A DNA stretch of 64,000 nucleotides. Origin: Thermoproteota archaeon. Its GTDB lineage: Archaea; Korarchaeota; Korarchaeia; Korarchaeales; Korarchaeaceae. The notes beneath the pieces are model-generated. The model worked only from the letters and a program-made list of their open reading frames with translations, searched no databases and was not told the origin of the DNA. Position 1 is the stretch's first letter. Every line of letters begins with the position of its first letter. Location: NCBI GenBank assembly GCA_027491395.1, contig JAOZFI010000017.1, forward strand, positions 29,672-93,671, in the 5' to 3' direction. Both the position numbers and the translations under genes were made by a program. Below, piece by piece: positions 9,082-18,378 of the stretch.

Positions 9082-10386
9082 TTGGATCCGGAGGATGCTT
9101 ACAGGAGAGTCCTATCCTCAATTGAGGAGCACCATAGGTGGTTCGACTCGTCTCTACCCATGATAGCCAGCGAGAATGTCGCTAGTCCTGCAGTTAGGAG
9201 GGCGATGACCAGCGATTTCGGTCACAGGTACGCCGAGGGATGGGTGGGGGAGAGAGTCTACGCCGGGACAAAGTACATCGACTATGTCGAATCGCTTGCG
9301 ATGGAGCTCATAAAGAAGCTGTACGGGGTGAAGTTCGCAGATGTACGTCCAATAAGCGGGGTAGTTGCTAACCTATCCGTATATACGGCCCTCACACAGC
9401 CAGGAGACGTCGTGATGGCGCTGCCCATAACCAAGGGAGGGCACATCAGCATGGGACCCCTGAAGGGGTCCAAGGGACAGTTCATAGGGGGAACAGCAGG
9501 GGCCGTCAGGGGCTTGGATGTGAAGTACATAGCCTTCGACGACGAGAACATGAACATAGATGTCGATAGAACCATCAACAGGATGGAAAAGTACAAGCCC
9601 AAACTGATAATGATGGGAGGCAGCGTGATACTCTTCCCTCAACCGGTGAAAGAGCTAGTGGAGGCGGCTAAGTCCATAGGAGCTGCGGTTAACTACGATG
9701 CCGCTCATGTCGCTGGTTTAATTGCGGGAGGTAAGTTCCAGCGTCCCTTGGAGGAAGGAGCCGATGTGATGACCTTCAGCACTCACAAGACCTTCTTCGG
9801 CCCCCAGCACGGTGCGGTGATAACTAACGACGAGGAAAAATTCGAACTGATCAAACTGGCCAACTTCCCGGGTCTCTTGAGCAACCACCATCTCCATGCG
9901 GTGGCAGCGCTGGCAATAGCGGCCGCGGAACTGCTCGCATTTGGTAAGGAGTACGCTGAAGCTGTTGTTAAGAACGCGAAAGCCCTGGCCCAGGCGTTGC
10001 ACGACGAGGGATTCAAGGTGGTCGCAGAGCACTTGGGGTTCACCGAGAGCCATCAGGTCCTACTCGATGTTGACGATCTGGGTGGGGGATACAAGTGCGA
10101 GAAGCTGCTGGAGGAGGCCAACATAATTGTGAACAGGAATCTCCTTCCTTGGGACATAAAGAGGGGAAGGGGCTTCAAGGATCCGGGCGGCCTGAGGCTG
10201 GGGGTCTCCGAACTCACCAGGCTCGGCATGGGACCGGACGAGATGAGGGAGGTGGCGAAGTTCTACAGGGAGGTCCTTATAGACGGAAAGGATCCAAAGG
10301 AAGTCGCTAGAGAGGTTTCAGAACTCAGGAAAGATTTCAAGACCGTTAAATATACGTTCGAGGAGGGCCCAGCCTACGAATACTGA
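9082..10386 (+). CDS. glyA: Serine hydroxymethyltransferase (archaeal)
   Basis: MIASEN, RYAEG, GGHIS, YDAAH, STHKTFFGPQHG (PLP Lys), GLRLG; TTG start. Confidence 0.96.
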   Translation: MDPEDAYRRVLSSIEEHHRWFDSSLPMIASENVASPAVRRAMTSDFGHRYAEGWVGERVYAGTKYIDYVESLAMELIKKLYGVKFADVRPISGVVANLSVYTALTQPGDVVMALPITKGGHISMGPLKGSKGQFIGGTAGAVRGLDVKYIAFDDENMNIDVDRTINRMEKYKPKLIMMGGSVILFPQPVKELVEAAKSIGAAVNYDAAHVAGLIAGGKFQRPLEEGADVMTFSTHKTFFGPQHGAVITNDEEKFELIKLANFPGLLSNHHLHAVAALAIAAAELLAFGKEYAEAVVKNAKALAQALHDEGFKVVAEHLGFTESHQVLLDVDDLGGGYKCEKLLEEANIIVNRNLLPWDIKRGRGFKDPGGLRLGVSELTRLGMGPDEMREVAKFYREVLIDGKDPKEVAREVSELRKDFKTVKYTFEEGPAYEY

Positions 10387-11194
10387 TATTCGCCGCCTGA
10401 TAGAGGACAGGACGAGGGGCTCGCTGGAGATATTCGAGGAGGCCCTGATCTTACTCAATAAGTCGAGAGATCCGTGCAAAGATGCTAGAGTCCTCAGAGA
10501 AGCTCATCCAGAGATGACGGCCCTGGAATACTTGGAGATGGCAGCGTGCTCCGGCTCTCTGTTCAAGTTAAGGGAGTTCTACGGTAGATCCAAGGAGGAA
10601 TTGGCTTCTACATGCTCTAACCTCCTATCTGAGCTGGGAATCGAAGTTATAGCTACCTTAAGCAGGAGCTCCGCAGTCATAAACTGTCTGAAGAGGTCCT
10701 CCGTGAGCGAGGTGATAGTCGGGGAATCTAGACCGGGAAGAGAGGGGCTAAGGACCGCAGAAATTCTCAGAGACGCGGGGTTCAAGGTGACTCTAGTGGT
10801 TGATGCCCTCCTCCCATGGTACTCCAAGAGGAAAGGGGCCGTGGGCTTGGTTGGCGCGGACAGGGTCACCCCATCCCATCTGATAAACAAGGCTGGTACC
10901 TTGCCACTCGCAACCCTGATCAAGACGATAGCGGTTCCCGGACTTCTCAAGCTTCACAGGGATAGTTACACCATAGAGAGGAGGGATCCAAGGGAAGTGG
11001 CAGTGTTGGAGGGTGTGGAAGTGGTGAACATCTACTTCGACGAGACACCCCTGAATTCTCTCCACAGGCTGGTGTTCGAGGAACTCGTGCTTAAACCTAA
11101 AGAGATAGGAAAGGCCTTCGAAAAATTGGAGACGGTGCTGGGAATCAGAGCAGATGGAGGATCATTAGGAAGAAACCTATCACAGCCGAGATGA
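10376..11194 (+). CDS. eIF-2B alpha/beta/delta-like (ribose-1,5-bisphosphate isomerase-like) protein; probable start upstream of ATG 10514
   Basis: TLSRSSAV, ESRPGREG, VGADRV, INKAGT, YFDETP; frame is open upstream with IEDRTRGS..AHPEM. Confidence 0.75.
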   Translation, partial: TNTDIRRLIEDRTRGSLEIFEEALILLNKSRDPCKDARVLREAHPEMTALEYLEMAACSGSLFKLREFYGRSKEELASTCSNLLSELGIEVIATLSRSSAVINCLKRSSVSEVIVGESRPGREGLRTAEILRDAGFKVTLVVDALLPWYSKRKGAVGLVGADRVTPSHLINKAGTLPLATLIKTIAVPGLLKLHRDSYTIERRDPREVAVLEGVEVVNIYFDETPLNSLHRLVFEELVLKPKEIGKAFEKLETVLGIRADGGSLGRNLSQPR

Positions 11195-11501
11195 TCCAAG
11201 CGACTATCGAGATGGCCGCAGCAGTCAACCACCCGACCCTAAACCACACCTTCAGCACCCAGATCCAGATCACTATGATTAAGATCTTCTCTAGTATCCA
11301 CAGGGGGAGCAATACGAAGATGATCCCGAGCACAAAGTCTATCACTGACCAAACGAAGGCGAGGGCCAGAGCTGATAGGAAGGACCGCTCCTTCTTCTCG
11401 GGAAGCACTATCTTCTGAGCTAACCATAGGACGACGGCACTCACAACTAGGGTCACGAGGAACCTCACGAGGGAACCGAAGATACCTGTCATCGAGATCA
11501 T
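11145..11501 (-). CDS. Small 4-TM membrane protein, unknown function
   Basis: Four hydrophobic helices; co-oriented downstream of lhr. Confidence 0.7.
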   Translation of the reverse strand: MISMTGIFGSLVRFLVTLVVSAVVLWLAQKIVLPEKKERSFLSALALAFVWSVIDFVLGIIFVLLPLWILEKILIIVIWIWVLKVWFRVGWLTAAAISIVAWIISAVIGFFLMILHLL

Positions 11502-11546
11502 GTAACTCCCAGAATTCCTCTCTAAGGAAGTTAAAAACGGAGGCGG

Positions 11547-14174
11547 TCAGCCGACCTCACCCCTTATAATTTTCTCTATCTCACTCTGGAACCTCCTCAA
11601 AGCTGCCATCTTATCCTCCATGAATATCAGGTCACTCAGACCCTCCAGAACTATGTTGTGGGCGAAGGGCGTGGGCACATCCACCATGCCTATGTCAACG
11701 ACCCTTATCCTACCGCTCTCTATGCCGCCCACCACCTCCTCAGCCCTCTCAACATCCATGTAATCCTCCAATATCTCTCTATAAGCTTCCTTAAGCAGGG
11801 GAAATCCTTCTATCTTCTCGACTATCCTGAGGAGACTCTGAGCACTTATCTGCTGCTTGTTAACGCTGATCTCATATCCCTTGTAGTTTCTGAGGACCAT
11901 CAATCCCCTAGCAGCTACGTGCCTGAACCTCCTCCTGAGGAGCTCCGTCTTCGCCAGAGCCTTCTCCAGTACATCCCTGAGGTCCCGTCCCACCAAATCC
12001 TCTATCGTTGCGACAGGCTTAACTCCCCTAGGATATATAATCGCGAATCCAGTATCTTTAACCGCTATCCCCAGGTTTCTCCTCACCTTCCTCCCAGCTA
12101 TATAGGCTAGGGCTCTCGAGAGGGCGTCGTTGGTCCTCCGGCCGTAGAGGGAGTGGGTCACTTGGTGTATCCTCCCCTCCTCATCTACGTAGCTCTCAAC
12201 CAAGATGACCTCGTGGGACGGCATATCCTCCACGCTCACGCCGAGAGACTTCAGGTAGAGGTACTGCTGTCTCAGGTAGTTGTATATGGCGAGGGCCGCC
12301 ATCCTGTTCGCATTGCTCATCCTCATTATCATGCTAACAAGCTCCCTCTTAGTGGCCCCCTCCTCGAGCATCTTGAAGAACTCGCCCCTGAACTTCCCAA
12401 TCTCCAAGGCGAGCTCGTAGCTGAGAGGAAGCATCTCCGAGAACCACGCAGGCACTGTCGGCTTCTGATCGAAGGCTGGCCTGACCTTGACCCTCAGCCC
12501 TCTCGCCGATACGAACTCATAGACCTTTCCGCCCAGCACGAACCTGTCCCCAGGCATGAGCCTCTCTAGAAAGCCCTCTTCCAAGTTCCCCACGTACCTG
12601 CCCTCCGTGGTGTACACCTTGGCGGCGACCTCGTCGGGTATCGTCCCTATGTTGGTGGCGTAGATCACCCTAGCGTACTTCCCCCTCCTACCGAATACCC
12701 CCTCCTCCGGGTCGTACCATATCTTCCCGTACACCTTCCTGCTCTCCAGCTGGGTGTACTCCCCGGCTAGGTACCTGAGGACGGACTCGAAGTCCTCCCA
12801 GCTCAGGTCCACGTAGGGATAGGCCGACCTCACGAGATTGTAGGCGTCCTCGACCCTCCACTTGCTCTCGACGGCCATTCCCACTATATGCTGCGCCAGC
12901 ACGTCGAGGGGCCTCCTAGGAATGTGCACCCTGTCCAGCCTGCCCGCTAACGCTTCACGGAGCATGACCGCAACCTCGACAGCATCGTCTCTATCCACGA
13001 CAATGAACCTGCCCTTAGAGACCTCGTGGAGCCTGTGACCAGCCCTACCGATCCTCTGCAATGCCCTAGTCACTGATTTGGGACTGCCTATCTGCACCAC
13101 CAGATCTATGTAGCCTATATCGATGCCGAGCTCCAAGCTAGTGGAGCTCACTATTGCCTTGAGCTCCCCTCTCTTCAGTCTCTCCTCCACCTCGCCCCTC
13201 ACATCCCTAGAGAGGGAGCTGTGGTGAGCAGCTATCTTCTCGTCTATGTCCTCCACACTATCCTTCAGGACCTTCTTCAGGTGGAAGACGACCCTCTCGG
13301 TTCCGCTCCTCGTGTTGGTGAATATGAGGGTAGTGGTATGCTCCTTTATGAGCTTGGAAATGAGCTTGTACATCCTAGCCGAGACCACTTCCGTGGATGT
13401 GTTCACCAGATCGCTCACTGGTGATAGCAGAGCTAGATCGAGGGCCTTGGCCCAGTTGGTCTCGACTATCAAGCAGTCCCTAGCCCTGCCATTCTCGTAG
13501 CCCACCAAGAACTTGGCGACCTCATCGAGGGGATTTATCGTGGCCGATAGACCTATCCTGATGAAGTTCCTGCCTACCAGCCACCTCAACCTCTCTAGAG
13601 AGAGGGAGAGATGGGTACCCCTCTTGTTCTCCACTAAGCTGTGGATCTCATCCACTATGACCCACTTAACGGTCTTCAGCTTCTCCCTGAACTTGGGAGC
13701 CGTTAGAATGATGCCCAGCGTCTCGGGAGTCGTTATGAGTATGTGAGGCGGTTTTCTAAGCTGCTTGGCTTTTTCACTGGAAGGAGTATCACCAGTCCTT
13801 ACTGCATGTCTTATCTCCGGTAGATTAGGCGAAAGCTCCCTTATCTCTCTGAGAGGGACCTCTAGGTTCCTGTATATGTCGTTGTTCAGCGCCCTCAGCG
13901 GGGAAATGTATATGGCGTAAACCGAGTCCTGGAGTTCCCCCCTCTCACCCATCTCCAAGAGCTCACTTATTATGGACAGGAAGGCCGTCAGGGTCTTGCC
14001 CGTGCCCGTGGGGCTGGTGACCAAGACATTCCTACCCTCATGGATTGGAACCACAGCGTATCTCTGTGGAGGACTTAGATCGACGAACTTGGAGTCGAAC
14101 CAGAGGGCTACAGCCGGGTGGAGCACCTCCAGCACTTCCGCTTTAGTGTACTCTCTGAGGGCCCTAGCTATCAT
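11547..14174 (-). CDS. lhr: ATP-dependent helicase Lhr (Lhr-core)
   Basis: SPTGTGKT, ISPLRALNND, TTPET, DEIH, GLSAT, AHHSSL, SSTSLELGIDIG, QRIGRAGH, GTIPDE, VPAWFSE. Confidence 0.93.
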   Translation of the reverse strand: MIARALREYTKAEVLEVLHPAVALWFDSKFVDLSPPQRYAVVPIHEGRNVLVTSPTGTGKTLTAFLSIISELLEMGERGELQDSVYAIYISPLRALNNDIYRNLEVPLREIRELSPNLPEIRHAVRTGDTPSSEKAKQLRKPPHILITTPETLGIILTAPKFREKLKTVKWVIVDEIHSLVENKRGTHLSLSLERLRWLVGRNFIRIGLSATINPLDEVAKFLVGYENGRARDCLIVETNWAKALDLALLSPVSDLVNTSTEVVSARMYKLISKLIKEHTTTLIFTNTRSGTERVVFHLKKVLKDSVEDIDEKIAAHHSSLSRDVRGEVEERLKRGELKAIVSSTSLELGIDIGYIDLVVQIGSPKSVTRALQRIGRAGHRLHEVSKGRFIVVDRDDAVEVAVMLREALAGRLDRVHIPRRPLDVLAQHIVGMAVESKWRVEDAYNLVRSAYPYVDLSWEDFESVLRYLAGEYTQLESRKVYGKIWYDPEEGVFGRRGKYARVIYATNIGTIPDEVAAKVYTTEGRYVGNLEEGFLERLMPGDRFVLGGKVYEFVSARGLRVKVRPAFDQKPTVPAWFSEMLPLSYELALEIGKFRGEFFKMLEEGATKRELVSMIMRMSNANRMAALAIYNYLRQQYLYLKSLGVSVEDMPSHEVILVESYVDEEGRIHQVTHSLYGRRTNDALSRALAYIAGRKVRRNLGIAVKDTGFAIIYPRGVKPVATIEDLVGRDLRDVLEKALAKTELLRRRFRHVAARGLMVLRNYKGYEISVNKQQISAQSLLRIVEKIEGFPLLKEAYREILEDYMDVERAEEVVGGIESGRIRVVDIGMVDVPTPFAHNIVLEGLSDLIFMEDKMAALRRFQSEIEKIIRGEVG

Positions 14175-14437
14175 GAATACCGCGCTTCATACAGGGAGGG
14201 TTTGATAACCTTGGTGGGCACCGCTTCCGATCTTAAACGAAAATGTAGAACATTAAATGGTAATGGTAAACAATTTAATGATACTTATTTTAGCTTCCTT
14301 AAACGACATACTAATATCGTATAATTACCTAAATTGGTAACATTGTTCCGGAAAGGCAGGCCATCGCATGGTATCGGTGAGGAAAGTTGGAGGAGTCCCC
14401 TGCAAATGACCACTTAGCGTTGCAAGCTCGATGGGAT

Positions 14438-14944
14438 CTAATCTTTCCCAACTAGCATTTCGAAGGTTCCATCGGGCCTGTGCAGGAAGAGAAGAGCTTC
14501 GGGAAAGATCTTTCTAACCTCCAACAGCGTCTCCAAATCGTCATCGTGATACTCGACCACCTCGCAGCCCAGTTTCCTAACTAAGGAGGGTTTCAGTTCC
14601 CTATCCACTTGATAGTTGTCATTGGGCCTCATGACCAGCTCGTCGAAGGGAATGCCAGCGGCCATGAGCTGGAGGATGGTATCCCTTCTGAGCCACTCGT
14701 ATCTCCCTGTAATCAAAACGACCCTCAAACCTCTCTTCTTTGCATCGTGGACCATCTCTATAGCCCTGTATAACGGTCTATCCAGTTTCAGGAGGTTGGG
14801 ATCCATGAAATCCCTCCAAAACTCCTTCTGAAGTTCGAACGGCAGCTCCCTCGGAGACCTCACTCCGAATCGGCTTATGGCCACCTCGAACCTGTTCCTA
14901 GCATCGAATAACGTGTTATCTATATCGAACACCGCGCATCTCAT
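14438..14944 (-). CDS. HAD-superfamily phosphatase resembling the PNKP 3'-phosphatase domain
   Basis: FDIDNT (DxDxT), ITGR, LVMRP..D..ELK, HDDD. Confidence 0.75.
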   Translation of the reverse strand: MRCAVFDIDNTLFDARNRFEVAISRFGVRSPRELPFELQKEFWRDFMDPNLLKLDRPLYRAIEMVHDAKKRGLRVVLITGRYEWLRRDTILQLMAAGIPFDELVMRPNDNYQVDRELKPSLVRKLGCEVVEYHDDDLETLLEVRKIFPEALLFLHRPDGTFEMLVGKD

Positions 14945-15699
14945 TAGAGCACCCTAGCAGCCCTCTTCACCACGCCGAGGGGACCCAGCTCCTCTACACC
15001 CACCTCCTCGTCAACAATATAAACGATGAAATTTTCCAAGTCCACCCGCCTCAATAGGGGTGAGAGCAGATCGCTACTTCCCACCTTCAGCATATCCGTT
15101 CCAGGGGCTAGGGGGGAAAGGGCAGGCAGAACCAGAACCTCAATCCCCATGTAGTTCCCCCTGAGGAACACCTTGAACTTGTGTCCTCCACCCAGATCAT
15201 CCCTAACCGATATAGCCGGATGCTCATGCCCCATCACTACGAGGTTCACCCCTTCTGGGATTGCCAGCAGTTCCTTGTGCCCATGAAAGTACATCACGCC
15301 GTCCAGAATGAGGTAGGGGTCCCTTATCTCAATACCCTCCTTGAGAAGGATGGGGATCAAATAGTTGTCGTGGTTCCCTCTGACGACTTCGATCCTCACT
15401 CTCTCTTCCCTTAAAGTCCTTATCAGGTCTAGGACCTCTCTCCACTCCTGACCGAGGGCCCCTCCGAACTCGTGCTTTACGTCACCGTTGAGAACCACCA
15501 CTTCAGGATCTTTCTCCCTAATGTACCCTAGGATTTCCCTCTTTATCCACGGGTACTGCTCGTAAGGGAGCTCCACCCCCCTCTCCCTCAATGCATCCTC
15601 GTAGCCCAAGTGGAGATCCGCCACTACCAGCGTGCTGTTCACCATGGCTCCGTAGGGGAACACTTCGATACTGTTCGTGAGCAGGTATTTCCTCATCAC
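14944..15699 (-). CDS. Metallophosphoesterase (Lhr-associated MPE type)
   Basis: ADLHLG, NGDVKH, RGNHD, HGH, GHEHPAI, VLPALSP. Confidence 0.88.
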   Translation of the reverse strand: MMRKYLLTNSIEVFPYGAMVNSTLVVADLHLGYEDALRERGVELPYEQYPWIKREILGYIREKDPEVVVLNGDVKHEFGGALGQEWREVLDLIRTLREERVRIEVVRGNHDNYLIPILLKEGIEIRDPYLILDGVMYFHGHKELLAIPEGVNLVVMGHEHPAISVRDDLGGGHKFKVFLRGNYMGIEVLVLPALSPLAPGTDMLKVGSSDLLSPLLRRVDLENFIVYIVDEEVGVEELGPLGVVKRAARVL

Positions 15700-16041
15700 G
15701 GGATAGTCTAGGAGACTGATTAATAAGCTCTAACCGAAAATGGATTGAGACCGAACTTTCCTTCTTGTCTTGTTGGCAAGGGAAAGGCGAAACACTTTCT
15801 TGAATGGCATAGATGTAGGGTGTCACACTAGTAAATGCTGTGGAATGAAGAAGGTAGAGCGAAAACGGATTAGTAATAATATCTTAACATAGCGAAGCAC
15901 AGCGAATTATGTGGAAATGTCCCTGTTTACGATCTAACGATGTCCAATAATATGATGTTCCAAAGTATATCGATTCCATCTTTCGTCAAAAATTGAAGAA
16001 TATTTAAGTATGTAGCAATTCAAATATTTTGGTAGACATCA

Positions 16042-16773
16042 ATGATCTCGAAAAGTAGAGTAACCGTCTTGATAATATCCGCCTCTTTGTTAATCATTTT
16101 GTCAGTTATCCTATCGTTCGCGCTTAACCCTCCGGAATCAATGAGCCTTTCGATGGGACCCGTCTACTCCACTCCCATCTCAAAGGTCAAGAAGGACCTA
16201 TTGGACAGCTTCATGAATGTCACATTAGAGAAATTAAAGGAAGACAGGGAATATAGTTTAAAGTATCTGAATTTCACGCGATGGTTAGGTGAAACATACG
16301 GCCTCGCTTACGATGAACTTTTCTGGACCAGAGAAGAGCTTGTCAAGATAATGGAGAAGGCCAAGCAATTAGACGAGGAGGCCGCCGACTGGCTCAAACA
16401 GGTGAACGCAACTCTCATCGTGGCCTTTAGCCTGCCGCCGGATACTAACCTGTCATATGCTAATATGATGGCGGATCTCATCTCCAAATATGCCCCAAAC
16501 TTCAAGGCGGTCAAGGTGCAGGTCCTCTATAGCATAGACAGGTACAAGGTGAAGTACAAGGAAGGGTCCATGGATCTGCACCTGAGCATCATCAGGGCGT
16601 TCCTCCAGAGGAACCTCAGTATTAGAGTAAAGACCATTGAGCCATACGGAATAGGAAGCGTGGAAATCACGCCAGCAGATCTGGACAAGCTCACACCACA
16701 ATATCTGGAAAAGGCATTGGATGCGACCGAGGAAGCGGCAAAGGGCGGGAAACCTAAAGCTTACCGACTATAA
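16042..16773 (+). CDS. Hypothetical N-terminally anchored/secreted protein
   Basis: 243-aa ORF with one N-terminal hydrophobic helix; TATA-like TTTAAGT about 35 nt upstream; AT-rich islet. Confidence 0.7.
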   Translation: MISKSRVTVLIISASLLIILSVILSFALNPPESMSLSMGPVYSTPISKVKKDLLDSFMNVTLEKLKEDREYSLKYLNFTRWLGETYGLAYDELFWTREELVKIMEKAKQLDEEAADWLKQVNATLIVAFSLPPDTNLSYANMMADLISKYAPNFKAVKVQVLYSIDRYKVKYKEGSMDLHLSIIRAFLQRNLSIRVKTIEPYGIGSVEITPADLDKLTPQYLEKALDATEEAAKGGKPKAYRL

Positions 16774-17116
16774 GTCAGCTTGGGAATGTGGACAATGGTA
16801 TCAGGGACCTGTAACGGTCTATAACGCGAATTTTCACTGGAAGTGGTGGTTCTGGCATTTCTGCGGAGATTGGGGTGAATCAGGCTGTAAGATGTACGCA
16901 CGTGAGGAGATCGAGGGGTGTGACATTCATTACATTCGCCGGATGCATTTTCTTATGGAAGGAGATTATATCTTCGGCCTTATAGACTCTCCGGGGTGCG
17001 AATACGCAAGTAACTGTGGAGGAACCTGCGGGTCAGCTAATACTAAATTTCATGGTTTTTACTCCGTTACACACGCGAAAATGAGCCCCTACATAAGGTT
17101 TTACTCTTTATTATGA
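16721..17116 (+). CDS. Cys/Trp-rich hypothetical domain, possibly the frameshifted C-terminus of 16042..16773
   Basis: 7 Cys and 7 Trp in 131 aa; overlaps the upstream ORF in the +1 frame with no clear RBS. Confidence 0.5.
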   Translation: MRPRKRQRAGNLKLTDYKSAWECGQWYQGPVTVYNANFHWKWWFWHFCGDWGESGCKMYAREEIEGCDIHYIRRMHFLMEGDYIFGLIDSPGCEYASNCGGTCGSANTKFHGFYSVTHAKMSPYIRFYSLL

Positions 17117-17137
17117 TAGCTGATTATAAACTGACCT

Positions 17138-17235
17138 ATCACAGCACATTTAATGAACTATATACGTTGCTGTGATGCTCCATGACTTATGCTATTGCTA
17201 TTTTTATTAAGTGGGGAGTGGTTACCCCCACTTAA
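17138..17235. repeat. Two inverted repeats downstream of the Cys-rich ORF
   Basis: ATCACAGCA(17138-46)/TGCTGTGAT(17168-76) and TTAAGTGGGG(17207-16)/CCCCACTTAA(17226-35). Confidence 0.7.
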
Positions 17236-17510
17236 GAGGTTCAGCCACCCAGGCTTGTCAAGTAAATTTGATACTATACCTCCTATCCCTTCCGATTAAT
17301 TCTTCTCTTATCTTCAATAATTAATAATTTCCTCTTTCTTTTTAGTACGAGCAACGAACTTTTAATCGAACAACAGGGACAGCTGGGCGCAAAAGGAAGG
17401 GTCAATATACAACAAGGAGAAAAGGTTAGAGATCCCTTTAGATACATTTGTATATTTGATGCCAGTGTAGATACTAGGAAAAATGGAAAAATGAAAGGGG
17501 AAGAGAGCAT

Positions 17511-17912
17511 ATGTCCTCCCTCACAAATAGACTTAAGTTAATAGAGCGAAAATTGAAGAGGAGAGGTATAGTAGCGATTATACTCTTCGGTTCCTCGCTA
17601 AAAGGAAGAATTCATCCACTTAGCGATGTGGACATCGCTGTTCTCTTCAAAGATGAACCGCTAGAGCGTGATATCGAATGGCTATATCTGGAGCTTCAAA
17701 GATATCTCAGGAGAGAAGTAGATCTCATCATCCTCAATAAGGCTCCTCCCAGAATAAGATTTTCTGCCTTGAAAGGTGAACTGCTTTACGTTGGAGACGA
17801 GAGAGAACTAATCCACTTCATGACTAAGGTTTACGACGAGTGGGCTGATTTGGAGTATCTCAGGAGAGTGATCTGGAATTACACGGAGAGGTGGCTGACC
17901 GTTGGAGGTTGA
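17511..17912 (+). CDS. Minimal nucleotidyltransferase (MNT/MntA antitoxin)
   Basis: ILFGS..G..HPLSDVDIAV, VDLIILNKAPP. Confidence 0.9.
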   Translation: MSSLTNRLKLIERKLKRRGIVAIILFGSSLKGRIHPLSDVDIAVLFKDEPLERDIEWLYLELQRYLRREVDLIILNKAPPRIRFSALKGELLYVGDERELIHFMTKVYDEWADLEYLRRVIWNYTERWLTVGG

Positions 17913-18324
17913 CATGGAAGCGGTCAAGTCCAGAATAGAGCTACTGAGGGGATATTTATCCTCCTTAGAGGAACTGAAATCGAACGAGGAAGAATTTTAC
18001 AAATCCTTGGTATACCGAATGGCGGTGGAAAGGCTTTTGCATCTGTCTATTGAATGTCTTTTAGACATACCGCAGCACATAGCTGCGGCTAAGGGACATA
18101 GGCCTCCTGAGAGTTATGCTGATACCATCACAGTGCTCGAGGAAGCCGGACTTGTACCTCCTGAGAAAGCAGACAATTATAGGAGAATTGCTAGGTTCCG
18201 AGATGTCCTAGTTCACGCGTACGTATCAATAGACCCAGATAGAGTTTTTGAGGTTTGGATGAGAGAGTTGGAGGATCTCAGGGAAATGGCGAGGGACCTC
18301 ATGAACGCCGCTACTGATCCCTAG
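17902..18324 (+). CDS. HEPN (DUF86/HepT-like) toxin
   Basis: AVERLL..SIEC.LDI..HI, P.SYAD, RFRDVLVHAY (RX4H); overlaps MNT. Confidence 0.88.
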   Translation: MEVDMEAVKSRIELLRGYLSSLEELKSNEEEFYKSLVYRMAVERLLHLSIECLLDIPQHIAAAKGHRPPESYADTITVLEEAGLVPPEKADNYRRIARFRDVLVHAYVSIDPDRVFEVWMRELEDLREMARDLMNAATDP

Positions 18325-18378
18325 TGCATCGTGTTCCTCATGGGGAACCACTTTTACTGAGAGTAGAGGTTATGATCG

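Noticed and set aside
9023-9121. Long N-terminal extensions in the ORF track (thrC; likewise tldD, ykgJ, isp1, nikM, hypE)
   Set aside because: They overlap neighbouring genes, and downstream starts fit family N-termini and RBS/TATA spacing better
14376-14400. RNase P RNA (GAGGAAAG motif)
   Set aside because: Continues TTGG rather than TCC, no 3' P4 strand found, and the available space is short
16747-16753. GGGAAAC as a classic -1 slippery heptamer
   Set aside because: The upstream ORF reads GGG AAA C and needs a +1 shift to reach the downstream ORF; the X XXY YYZ phase is wrong for -1 recoding
17272-17540. 75-aa minus-strand ORF and a startless plus-strand open frame upstream of MNT
   Set aside because: No motif, start context or RBS; at most a gene remnant
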